Below, piece after piece: positions 53,203 to 61,878 of a DNA stretch of 64,000 nucleotides. The DNA lies in assembly GCF_002854065.1 (NCBI RefSeq), contig NZ_CP024147.1; one strand, given 5' to 3'. The first letter of the stretch is position 1, and every line of letters begins with the position of its first letter. A program made the translations under genes and the position numbers. Source of the DNA: Escherichia coli (GTDB lineage Bacteria; Pseudomonadota; Gammaproteobacteria; Enterobacterales; Enterobacteriaceae). Under the pieces are notes generated by a model. It did no database searches and was not told the origin of the DNA. It saw nothing but the letters and a program-made list of their open reading frames with translations.

Positions 53203-54396
53203 ATGAGAGCCTGCATTAACAATCAACAGATTCGCCACCATAACAAATGCGTGATTCTGGAACTGCTGTACCGGCAAAAGCGCGCCAATAAATCAACGCT
53301 GGCCCGGCTGGCGCAAATTTCGATTCCGGCAGTCAGTAATATTTTGCAGGAACTGGAAAGCGAAAAACGGGTGGTGAATATCGACGATGAAAGCCAGACG
53401 CGCGGGCATAGTAGCGGTACATGGCTGATTGCGCCGGAAGGTGACTGGACGCTGTGTCTGAACGTGACGCCCACCAGTATTGAGTGTCAGGTTGCTAATG
53501 CTTGTTTAAGTCCGAAAGGTGAATTTGAGTATTTACAGATTGATGCACCGACGCCGCAGGCGCTGCTGTCCGAAATCGAAAAATGCTGGCATCGCCACCG
53601 TGAATTGTGGCCGGACCGCACCATCAATCTGGCGCTGGCAATCCACGGTCAGGTTGATCCTGTGACCGGAGTGTCGCAAACCATGCCGCAAGCGCCCTGG
53701 ACAACGCCGGTTGAGGTGAAGTATCTGCTGGAAGAGAAGCTCGGCATTCGGGTGATGGTCGATAATGACTGCGTGATGCTGGCGCTGGCGGAAAAATGGC
53801 AAAATAATTCGCAGGAACGGGATTTCTGCGTGATCAACGTTGATTACGGCATTGGCTCGTCGTTCGTGATTAACGAGCAAATTTATCGCGGCAGTTTGTA
53901 TGGTAGCGGACAGATTGGTCACACCATCGTTAATCCGGATGGCGTCGTCTGCGACTGTGGACGTTACGGCTGCCTGGAAACCGTCGCCTCGTTAAGTGCA
54001 TTAAAAAAACAGGCGCGGGTATGGCTAAAATCACAACCGGTTAATACTCAGCTTGATCCTGAAAAACTGACAACCGCGCAGTTAATCGCTGCCTGGCAGA
54101 GTGGAGAACCGTGGATCACCAGCTGGGTTGACCGCAGTGCCAATGCCATTGGTTTGAGTCTGTATAACTTCCTCAACATCCTCAATATTAATCAGATTTG
54201 GGTGTACGGTCGCAGTTGTGCCTTTGGTGAGAACTGGCTTAATACTATTATTCGCCAGACAGGATTTAACCCGTTCGACCGCGACGAAGGACCGAGCGTG
54301 AAAGCGACGCAAATTGGCTTCGGGCAATTAAGCCGCGCACAACAGGTGCTGGGAATTGGCTATTTGTATGTTGAGGCGCAGTTACGACAGATTTGA
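53203..54396 (+). CDS. yphH: ROK-family (NagC/Mlc-like) transcriptional regulator YphH
   Basis: ORF track frame 53197-54396 opens on GTG; first ATG at 53203 (397 aa); N-terminal HTH; ROK zinc motif CDCGRYGCLE. Confidence 0.88.
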   Translation: MRACINNQQIRHHNKCVILELLYRQKRANKSTLARLAQISIPAVSNILQELESEKRVVNIDDESQTRGHSSGTWLIAPEGDWTLCLNVTPTSIECQVANACLSPKGEFEYLQIDAPTPQALLSEIEKCWHRHRELWPDRTINLALAIHGQVDPVTGVSQTMPQAPWTTPVEVKYLLEEKLGIRVMVDNDCVMLALAEKWQNNSQERDFCVINVDYGIGSSFVINEQIYRGSLYGSGQIGHTIVNPDGVVCDCGRYGCLETVASLSALKKQARVWLKSQPVNTQLDPEKLTTAQLIAAWQSGEPWITSWVDRSANAIGLSLYNFLNILNINQIWVYGRSCAFGENWLNTIIRQTGFNPFDRDEGPSVKATQIGFGQLSRAQQVLGIGYLYVEAQLRQI

Positions 54397-54412
54397 TGGC
54401 GCGATAACGTAG

Positions 54413-54440
54413 AAAGGCTTCCCGAAGGAAGCCTTTTTCA
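54413..54440. terminator. Bidirectional terminator between convergent yphH and glyA
   Basis: aaggcttcc-cgaa-ggaagcctt followed by ttttca. Confidence 0.75.
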
Positions 54441-54458
54441 ACAGATTAACCGTTTCGC

Positions 54459-55712
54459 TTATGCGTAAACCGGGTAACGTGCGCAGATGTCGAGAACTTT
54501 ACCTTTGATACGCTCGATAACGGCTTCATCATTGATGCTGTCCAGCACGTCACACATCCAGCCAGCCAGTTCTTTCGCTTCTGCTTCTTTGAAGCCGCGA
54601 CGCGTAATCGCCGGAGTACCCACGCGAATACCGGAGGTCACAAACGGGCTCTTCGGATCGTTCGGTACGCTGTTTTTGTTGACGGTGATGTTAGCACGGC
54701 CCAGAGCGGCGTCTGCTTCTTTACCGGTCAGGTTTTTATCTACCAGATCAACCAGGAACAGATGGTTATCAGTACCGCCGGAAACCACTTTGTAGCCGCG
54801 TTCCAGGAACACTTCTACCATCGCTTTAGCGTTTTTAGCGACCTGCTGCTGGTAAGTTTTGAACTCAGGCTCCATCGCTTCTTTCAGAGCAACCGCTTTA
54901 CCGGCGATTACGTGCATCAACGGACCGCCCTGACCACCAGGGAAAACGGCAGAGTTCAGTTTTTTGTACAGCTCTTCGCTACCACCTTTCGCCAGGATCA
55001 GGCCGCCGCGCGGACCCGCCAGGGTTTTGTGAGTGGTGGTAGTAACAACGTGAGCATGAGGAACCGGGTTCGGGTAGACGCCAGCAGCAACCAGGCCCGC
55101 AACGTGCGCCATATCAACGAACAGGTAAGCGCCGATGCTGTCAGCGATTTCACGCATTTTCGCCCAGTCCACCACGCCGGAATATGCAGAGAAGCCACCG
55201 ATAATCATTTTCGGTTTGTGTTCTTTGGCTTGTTTTTCCAGATCGGCGTAGTCGATATGACCGGTAGCATCAATACCGTAAGGAACGATGTTGTACAGTT
55301 TACCGGAGAAGTTAACCGGAGAACCGTGAGTCAGGTGACCGCCATGCGCCAGGTTCATACCCAGAACGGTATCACCTGGTTCCAGCAGCGCGGTGTAGAC
55401 CGCAAAGTTAGCCTGGGAGCCGGAGTGCGGCTGGACGTTAGCGTAGTCAGCGCCGAACAGTTCTTTCGCACGATCGATCGCCAGTTGTTCAACGATATCA
55501 ACATACTCGCAACCGCCGTAGTAGCGTTTGCCCGGATAACCTTCAGCATATTTGTTGGTCAGCTGAGAACCCTGCGCCTGCATTACGCGCGGGCTGGTGT
55601 AGTTTTCGGAGGCGATCAGTTCGATGTGCTCTTCCTGACGTACTTTTTCCTGCTCCATAGCCTGCCACAGTTCGGCATCATAATCGGCAATGTTCATTTC
55701 ACGCTTTAACAT
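54459..55712 (-). CDS. glyA: Serine hydroxymethyltransferase
   Basis: ORF track frame 54459-55718; conserved start [12 protein letters not shown] at ATG 55710-55712 (417 aa); PLP site ..TTTTHKTL... Confidence 0.96.
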
Positions 55713-55990
55713 CCGCATCTCCTGACTCAGCTAACAATAAAATTTTTGGCCTTTATAGGCGGTCCTGTTGGACAACGGCGAACAGTATAACCGAATCATT
55801 GTGCGATAACAGGTCTTGACAAAGGAATTTACGCAAACGATTACCTTCAGGCTACGCAAGGCTTTGGAGAATAAAGAGCTTGCAACCGGAAACGGATTTC
55901 TTTTCAGGTTTGTGATGCAAATTTTTCACTTCATCACATTCTTTCTGAAAAACACCAAAGAACCATTTACATTGCAGGGCTATTTTTTAT

Positions 55991-56013
55991 AAGATGCATT
56001 TGAGATACATCAA
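55991..56013 (+). promoter_or_regulatory. NsrR operator-like inverted repeat in the hmp promoter
   Basis: aagatgcatttgagatacatcaa, an AT-rich inverted repeat (AAGATGCATTT / inverse) 27 bp upstream of the hmp ATG; matches my recollection of the NsrR site at hmp. Confidence 0.55.
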
Positions 56014-56039
56014 TTAAGATGCAAAAAAAGGAAGACCAT

Positions 56040-57230
56040 ATGCTTGACGCTCAAACCATCGCTACAGTAAAAGCCACCATCCCTTTACTGGTGGAAACGG
56101 GGCCAAAGTTAACCGCCCATTTCTACGACCGTATGTTTACTCATAACCCAGAACTCAAAGAAATTTTTAACATGAGTAACCAGCGTAATGGCGATCAACG
56201 TGAAGCCCTGTTTAACGCTATTGCCGCCTACGCCAGTAATATTGAAAACCTGCCTGCGCTGCTGCCAGCGGTAGAAAAAATCGCGCAGAAGCACACCAGT
56301 TTCCAGATCAAACCGGAACAGTACAACATCGTCGGTGAACACCTGTTGGCAACGCTGGACGAAATGTTCAGCCCGGGGCAGGAAGTGCTGGACGCGTGGG
56401 GTAAAGCCTATGGTGTACTGGCTAATGTATTTATCAATCGCGAGGCGGAAATCTATAACGAAAACGCCAGCAAAGCCGGTGGTTGGGAAGGTACTCGCGA
56501 TTTCCGCATTGTGGCTAAAACACCGCGCAGCGCGCTTATCACCAGCTTCGAACTGGAGCCGGTCGACGGTGGCGCAGTGGCAGAATACCGTCCGGGGCAA
56601 TATCTCGGCGTCTGGCTGAAGCCGGAAGGTTTCCCGCATCAGGAAATTCGTCAGTACTCTTTGACTCGCAAACCGGATGGCAAAGGCTATCGTATTGCGG
56701 TGAAACGCGAAGAGGGTGGGCAGGTATCCAACTGGTTGCACAATCACGCCAATGTTGGCGATGTCGTGAAACTGGTCGCTCCGGCAGGTGATTTCTTTAT
56801 GGCTGTCGCAGATGACACACCAGTGACGTTAATCTCTGCCGGTGTTGGTCAAACGCCAATGCTGGCAATGCTCGACACGCTGGCAAAAGCAGGCCACACA
56901 GCACAAGTGAACTGGTTCCATGCGGCAGAAAATGGCGATGTTCACGCCTTTGCCGATGAAGTTAAGGAACTGGGGCAGTCACTGCCGCGCTTTACCGCGC
57001 ACACCTGGTATCGTCAGCCGAGCGAAGCCGATCGCGCTAAAGGTCAGTTTGATAGCGAAGGTCTGATGGATTTGAGCAAACTGGAAGGTGCGTTCAGCGA
57101 TCCGACAATGCAGTTCTATCTCTGCGGCCCGGTTGGCTTCATGCAGTTTGCCGCGAAACAGTTAGTGGATCTGGGCGTGAAGCAGGAAAACATTCATTAC
57201 GAATGCTTTGGCCCGCATAAGGTGCTGTGA
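56040..57230 (+). CDS. hmp: Flavohemoglobin (nitric oxide dioxygenase)
   Basis: ORF track frame 56019-57230; conserved start [15 protein letters not shown] at ATG 56040 (396 aa) with AAGGAAG SD; globin plus FAD/NAD reductase domains. Confidence 0.96.
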
Positions 57231-57274
57231 TTTGATGTTGCCGGATGGAAACATCCGGCAACCCTTGACGCGGT

Positions 57275-57649
<375 letters not shown>

Positions 57650-57673
57650 CTAAACGTAACACATAACGCCAAT

Positions 57674-59008
57674 TCATTCCTTGAAATCGTTTGCATCCAG
57701 CTCGTGTCGGGAAAGCAGTTTATAAAATTCTGTCCGGTTGCGCCCCGCCATTCTCGCCGCGTGGGTGACGTTGCCTTTGGTAATTTGCAGCAGCTTACGC
57801 AAATAGTTGAGTTCAAACTGATTACGTGCCTCAACAAAGGTTGGCAGCGCCGTGTTTTCGCCCTCCAGCGCCTGCTCTACTAATGCATCACTAATCACCG
57901 GAGATGAGGTCAGCGCCACGCACTGTTCAATCACGTTGACCAACTGGCGCACATTACCCGGCCAGCTCGCGGTCATCAGGCGTTTCATCGCATCGGTAGA
58001 GAACGCGCGGACAAACGGTTTATGTCGCTCTGCCGCCTGGCGCAACAGGTGATTTGCCAGTAGCGGAATGTCTTCTGTGCGCTCCGCCAGTGCCGGAATT
58101 TTCAGGCTGACAACGTTGAGGCGGTAATAGAGATCTTCGCGGAATTCCCCGCGCGCCATCGCTTTTGGCAGATCACGGTGAGTGGCAGAAATAATCCGCA
58201 CATTGATATCAATATCGTGGTTACTGCCCAACGGGCGCACTTTACGCTCCTGCAACACGCGCAACAGTTTGACCTGCAACGGCGCAGGCATATCGCCAAT
58301 CTCATCGAGAAATAGCGTTCCGCCTTCCGCCGCCTGGAATAAACCTTCGCGATTGCTGACAGCGCCAGTAAACGCGCCACGCGCATGACCAAACAGCTCC
58401 GACTCCAGCAATTGCTCGGGCAATGCACCACAGTTAATAGCAATAAATGGTTTGCTATTGCGCGGGCTGGCGTTGTGGATAGCCTGGGCGAAAATCTCTT
58501 TCCCGGTGCCGCTCTGGCCATTAATCAAAACGCTGACGTCTGATTGCGCCACCAGCCGCGCCTGTTCCAGCAAACGCAGCATCAGCGGGCTGCGGGTGAC
58601 AATCGCCTCGCGCCAGCGTTCGTCGGTGGCTGGCGCGGATTGTTCCAGCGCATCATCAATTGCCTGATATAGCGCGTCTTTATCGACAGGCTTGGTGAGG
58701 AAACTAAAAACGCCCTGCTGTGTTGCAGCAACGGCATCAGGAATAGAACCATGCGCGGTAAGAATAATTACCGGCATTCCCGGCTGCACTTTCTGGATTT
58801 CAGCAAACAGCTGCATACCGTCCATTTCATCCATCCGCAGGTCGCTGATAACTAAATCTACTTTTTCGCGATTCAGTACCCGTAATCCTTCAGCGCCACT
58901 TTCCGCCGTGACCACACTGTAGCCTTCGCTGGTCAGGCGCAGGCCAAGCAGTTTCAGCAATCCCGGATCGTCATCGACCAATAATAAATGCGCAGGTTTA
59001 TGGCTCAT
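57674..59008 (-). CDS. glrR: Sigma54-dependent two-component response regulator GlrR
   Basis: ORF track frame 57674-59110; conserved start MSHKPAHLLLVDDDPG at ATG 59006-59008 (444 aa); receiver domain, AAA+ sigma54-activation domain (GQSGTGKE, GAFTGA), C-terminal HTH. Confidence 0.93.
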   Translation of the reverse strand: MSHKPAHLLLVDDDPGLLKLLGLRLTSEGYSVVTAESGAEGLRVLNREKVDLVISDLRMDEMDGMQLFAEIQKVQPGMPVIILTAHGSIPDAVAATQQGVFSFLTKPVDKDALYQAIDDALEQSAPATDERWREAIVTRSPLMLRLLEQARLVAQSDVSVLINGQSGTGKEIFAQAIHNASPRNSKPFIAINCGALPEQLLESELFGHARGAFTGAVSNREGLFQAAEGGTLFLDEIGDMPAPLQVKLLRVLQERKVRPLGSNHDIDINVRIISATHRDLPKAMARGEFREDLYYRLNVVSLKIPALAERTEDIPLLANHLLRQAAERHKPFVRAFSTDAMKRLMTASWPGNVRQLVNVIEQCVALTSSPVISDALVEQALEGENTALPTFVEARNQFELNYLRKLLQITKGNVTHAARMAGRNRTEFYKLLSRHELDANDFKE

Positions 59009-59711
59009 CAGGAGTGACCTCATGGGTGGATGGCGCGGGCTTTTCACCCTCGTGCGGCGTATCCGGCGAGAAATTTCCAGCCGGTTTGCGGGTCGAGAGC
59101 TGGCGTTCAATATCAGTCAGGTTTTCCAGCTTGCGGGTGGTGAGTTCCAGTTGCTGCTGTAGAACGTGATGTTGCTGGCGCAATATATCCAGCTCGCTGT
59201 CGCTGGACTGCTGGAGTTTACTGTAGCGTTGGCGCTCTTCCGCCAGTTGCAGTTGCAGCGCCTGACCGTCGCGCCAGAGTTGATACAGTGGGCGAACCTG
59301 TGCCGGGATCTCGGTACTTAACGCTTCAATACGCGCGACCAGCTGGCGGCGCTCATATGGCGTAATTTTGGCGTCGGCGAGCAAAATCCCTTGTTTAAAG
59401 GTATTTTGCCAGCTGCCGTCGTCATATTGGCGAGCTTGCTGACGCGACTGCGCAGGCATTAAACGATCAGCACAATCCATCGCCCGCAGCCAGTAAAGCG
59501 GATTGGTTTCGGTTGATTTACCTTGCAGCGCCCAGATGTCGCTACATTCAGTAGAAAGATAGTCAGCCAGTTGATAAACCGGAATTTTTTCTTCTGCTGG
59601 CGTATCAATGGCTGGCTTATTGTGATTCTGCACGCAACCTAGCAATGCCAGACATGGCAGCCCTGCCAGCCACAGCCGTCGGGGCAATAATCGTTGAAAA
59701 ATGTGTCGCAT
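58998..59711 (-). CDS. qseG: Outer-membrane lipoprotein QseG
   Basis: ORF track frame 58998-59717; start MRHIFQRLLPRR at ATG 59709-59711 (237 aa); lipobox LALLGC; 3' end overlaps the glrR start by 11 bp. Confidence 0.88.
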   Translation of the reverse strand: MRHIFQRLLPRRLWLAGLPCLALLGCVQNHNKPAIDTPAEEKIPVYQLADYLSTECSDIWALQGKSTETNPLYWLRAMDCADRLMPAQSRQQARQYDDGSWQNTFKQGILLADAKITPYERRQLVARIEALSTEIPAQVRPLYQLWRDGQALQLQLAEERQRYSKLQQSSDSELDILRQQHHVLQQQLELTTRKLENLTDIERQLSTRKPAGNFSPDTPHEGEKPAPSTHEVTPDEP

Positions 59712-59875
59712 ATTCACCAGACTTAAAGCCTATCCCAGTGGGCGTAATTGTTGCAGACAGTTTGGACATGGACAGCGCGGAGAAACCGGAGCGTACATGT
59801 CGTACGTGAGGATTTCGAGCACTGCCCGGGGCCGAACTGACAAATAAAATAGCCTGATGGGATAGGCTGTTAGCA

Positions 59876-61303
59876 TTATTTCGTGTTTTTCGACGACGGT
59901 AATTCAATGCGGAAACAAACGTCTTGCCCGCTCTCGTCGACCAGATACAGTTCCCCTTGCATACGGCGAATACAATCCCTGGCAATGCTTAATCCCAGAC
60001 CGCTGCCCTTCACCGCCCCTTTTCGCTGGTGGCTTCCCTGAAAAAAGGGTTCGAAGATCATGGCGCGTTCCTCTTGCGGAATGGGCGTGCCTGTATTGAT
60101 GACATCAATATAAACCCGCGCACCATGTAAACTGCTGCGAAGGCAAATGTTACCGGATTCAGCCCCGTAGTGCACCGCATTGGAGTAAAGATTATCCAGT
60201 ACGCTCATCAGCAGCATTGGCTCCGCCAGGCAAGCTGTTGCTTTGAGATCGACGTCGGTATGCATCATTTTAGCCCGTGCGGGCAGGCTATGAGCAGAAA
60301 CTACTGTCTCCACCAGCGGTGCTAACTCAACATTATCTAGTTCCACCGCACTGTCCGCCTGTTTACGGTTGTAATCAAGCAGTTGTTCGATCAGTTTTTG
60401 CAAATTGCGGCTGCTGCTATCAAGAATGCTCACCACCTCTTTTTGCTCTGGCGTAAGCGGCCCGACAACCTGATCAGCCAGTAATTCAGTGCCCTCGCGC
60501 ATACTCGCCAGTGGCGTTTTTAATTCATGAGATAAATGTCTTAAAAATTGATGGCGTTGGGATTCCAGCCATGACAGGCGCTCACTTAACCAAAGAATAC
60601 GTTGCCCAACCGAGCGTAACTCGCTCGGTCCACTGAACGAAACGCTATTGCCCAGAGAACGCCCTTCCCCCAACCGATTGATCATCCGTTCAATATTTTT
60701 CACCGGCCCGATAATCATCCGCGTGAAAAGCAGTACCATTACCAGACTCACCAGAAATAGCACCAGCGATTGCCAACCAAAATATTGCCCACGTTCGGCG
60801 ATTTCACGCTGAAGTTGCTGCCCACGAGAGAACACTACTGTGCGCGTGGCCTGTACCATTTCGGTATTGGCACTGGCAAAGGCTTCCAGACGCGCGGCAG
60901 CAGCAGCATCGGGACCACTGTTGTTGCACTGAAGTTGGGCCAGATTGTTCAAGTCCTGACGCAATGCCTGGTAAAGTTTATTGTCTGGCAGTACGCCTGC
61001 GTGGGCATCGAGCATTTCGCTGTAACGCTTGCGCTGGCTTTGATAAACCTTCGCAAGCGTAGGGTCATCCAGCACGCAATACTGACGGTAGCTACGCTCC
61101 ATCTCCAGCGCCGCGTTGGTCATTGCTTCGCTGCGCCGGGCATCGATAAGCGTGGTGCGGTTGACCAGCGCCGCCTGGTCGCTAAGCGCATTCAGGCTTT
61201 GCCAGGCTTGCCATGCCAGCACCAACAGGGGCAGCAGAATCAGCAAAAATGCCAGCATTACCAGTTGTCGTAATGAGCGGGGAAAAACGGGCCAGCGTTT
61301 CAA
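59876..61303 (-). CDS. glrK: Sensor histidine kinase GlrK (QseE)
   Basis: ORF track frame 59876-61366 would run through the glmY terminator; conserved N-terminus (M)KRWPVFPRSLRQLV begins at a TTG codon (61301-61303), giving 475 aa; HAMP region and HELKTP phospho-acceptor box. Confidence 0.85.
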   Translation of the reverse strand: MKRWPVFPRSLRQLVMLAFLLILLPLLVLAWQAWQSLNALSDQAALVNRTTLIDARRSEAMTNAALEMERSYRQYCVLDDPTLAKVYQSQRKRYSEMLDAHAGVLPDNKLYQALRQDLNNLAQLQCNNSGPDAAAAARLEAFASANTEMVQATRTVVFSRGQQLQREIAERGQYFGWQSLVLFLVSLVMVLLFTRMIIGPVKNIERMINRLGEGRSLGNSVSFSGPSELRSVGQRILWLSERLSWLESQRHQFLRHLSHELKTPLASMREGTELLADQVVGPLTPEQKEVVSILDSSSRNLQKLIEQLLDYNRKQADSAVELDNVELAPLVETVVSAHSLPARAKMMHTDVDLKATACLAEPMLLMSVLDNLYSNAVHYGAESGNICLRSSLHGARVYIDVINTGTPIPQEERAMIFEPFFQGSHQRKGAVKGSGLGLSIARDCIRRMQGELYLVDESGQDVCFRIELPSSKNTK

Positions 61304-61360
61304 GGTGTTACTCTCGTCAGACGCGAATAGCCTGATGCTAACCGAGGGGAAGTTCAGATA

Positions 61361-61545
61361 CAACAAAGCCGGGAATTACCCGGCTTTGTTATGGAATAAG
61401 GCGGTGCCTAACTCGACGTTTCGCCCGATGGTTGATATAGCTACGCTGATATCAGAAGTTGGACGGCAGGCACCTTGTTGTGCGTCATTCGAATTTTATG
61501 TAGCACGTCCCGAAGGGGCTGACATAAGTCGGTGAATGAGCCACT
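61361..61545 (-). ncRNA. glmY: Small RNA GlmY
   Basis: Minus-strand sequence AGTGGCTCATTCACCGACTTATGTCAGCCCCTTCGGGACGTGC...AAAGCCGGGTAATTCCCGGCTTTGTTG matches my recollection of GlmY (about 184 nt); terminator hairpin at 61365-61387 plus U-rich tail; sits 58 bp upstream of glrK. Confidence 0.85.
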
Positions 61546-61555
61546 GGTTACTATT

Positions 61556-61573
61556 ATGCAGTAACTGTGCCAA
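61556..61573 (-). promoter_or_regulatory. Sigma54 (-24/-12) promoter of glmY
   Basis: Minus strand reads TGGCAC-agtta-CTGCA with the GC element 12 nt upstream of the GlmY 5' end; overlapping cataat could serve as a sigma70 -10. Confidence 0.8.
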
Positions 61574-61661
61574 TAAAGAAAATAGTTTGGTAACGTACTG
61601 ATTATACGCTGCTTTGAGGGGTTTATGGCTTCTTCGCTATTTGAATGTAAATCAGCCAGTG

Positions 61662-61679
61662 TGTCGCTAAAAAGAGACA
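61662..61679 (-). promoter_or_regulatory. GlrR binding site (TGTC-N10-GACA), distal to glmY promoter: site 1 of 3
   Basis: tgtcgctaaaaagagaca. Confidence 0.7.
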
Positions 61680-61724
61680 ACTTAAGATAAACTTATTAGA
61701 TAACATTAAAATCAATGAGTTAAA

Positions 61725-61742
61725 TGTCACCAAAAAGCGACA
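61725..61742 (-). promoter_or_regulatory. GlrR binding site (TGTC-N10-GACA): site 2 of 3
   Basis: tgtcaccaaaaagcgaca. Confidence 0.7.
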
Positions 61743-61757
61743 CAGCAAACCACCCAT

Positions 61758-61775
61758 TGTCGTGATTTACAGACA
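61758..61775 (-). promoter_or_regulatory. GlrR binding site (TGTC-N10-GACA): site 3 of 3
   Basis: tgtcgtgatttacagaca; abuts the purL terminator. Confidence 0.7.
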
Positions 61776-61803
61776 CAAAAAAGCTCCCTGAGTTGGGAGC
61801 TTA
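61776..61803 (-). terminator. Rho-independent terminator of purL
   Basis: aagctccc-tgagtt-gggagctt preceded on the plus strand by aaaaa (T run on the minus strand). Confidence 0.75.
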
Positions 61804-61822
61804 TAATAGCGGTTGGTATTTA

Positions 61823-61855
61823 ATGCCGGATGCGGCGTGAATGCCTCATCCGGGC
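61823..61855. repeat. REP palindromic unit
   Basis: atgccggatgcggcgtgaatgcctcatccgggc just downstream of the purL stop. Confidence 0.75.
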
Positions 61856-61878
61856 TGCAAAACCAATGGGCTGACGAC

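Noticed and set aside
61441-61680. 79-aa minus-strand ORF between glrK and purL
   Set aside because: It overlaps the GlmY sRNA 5' end, the sigma54 promoter and a GlrR site; the region is better explained as non-coding regulatory DNA.
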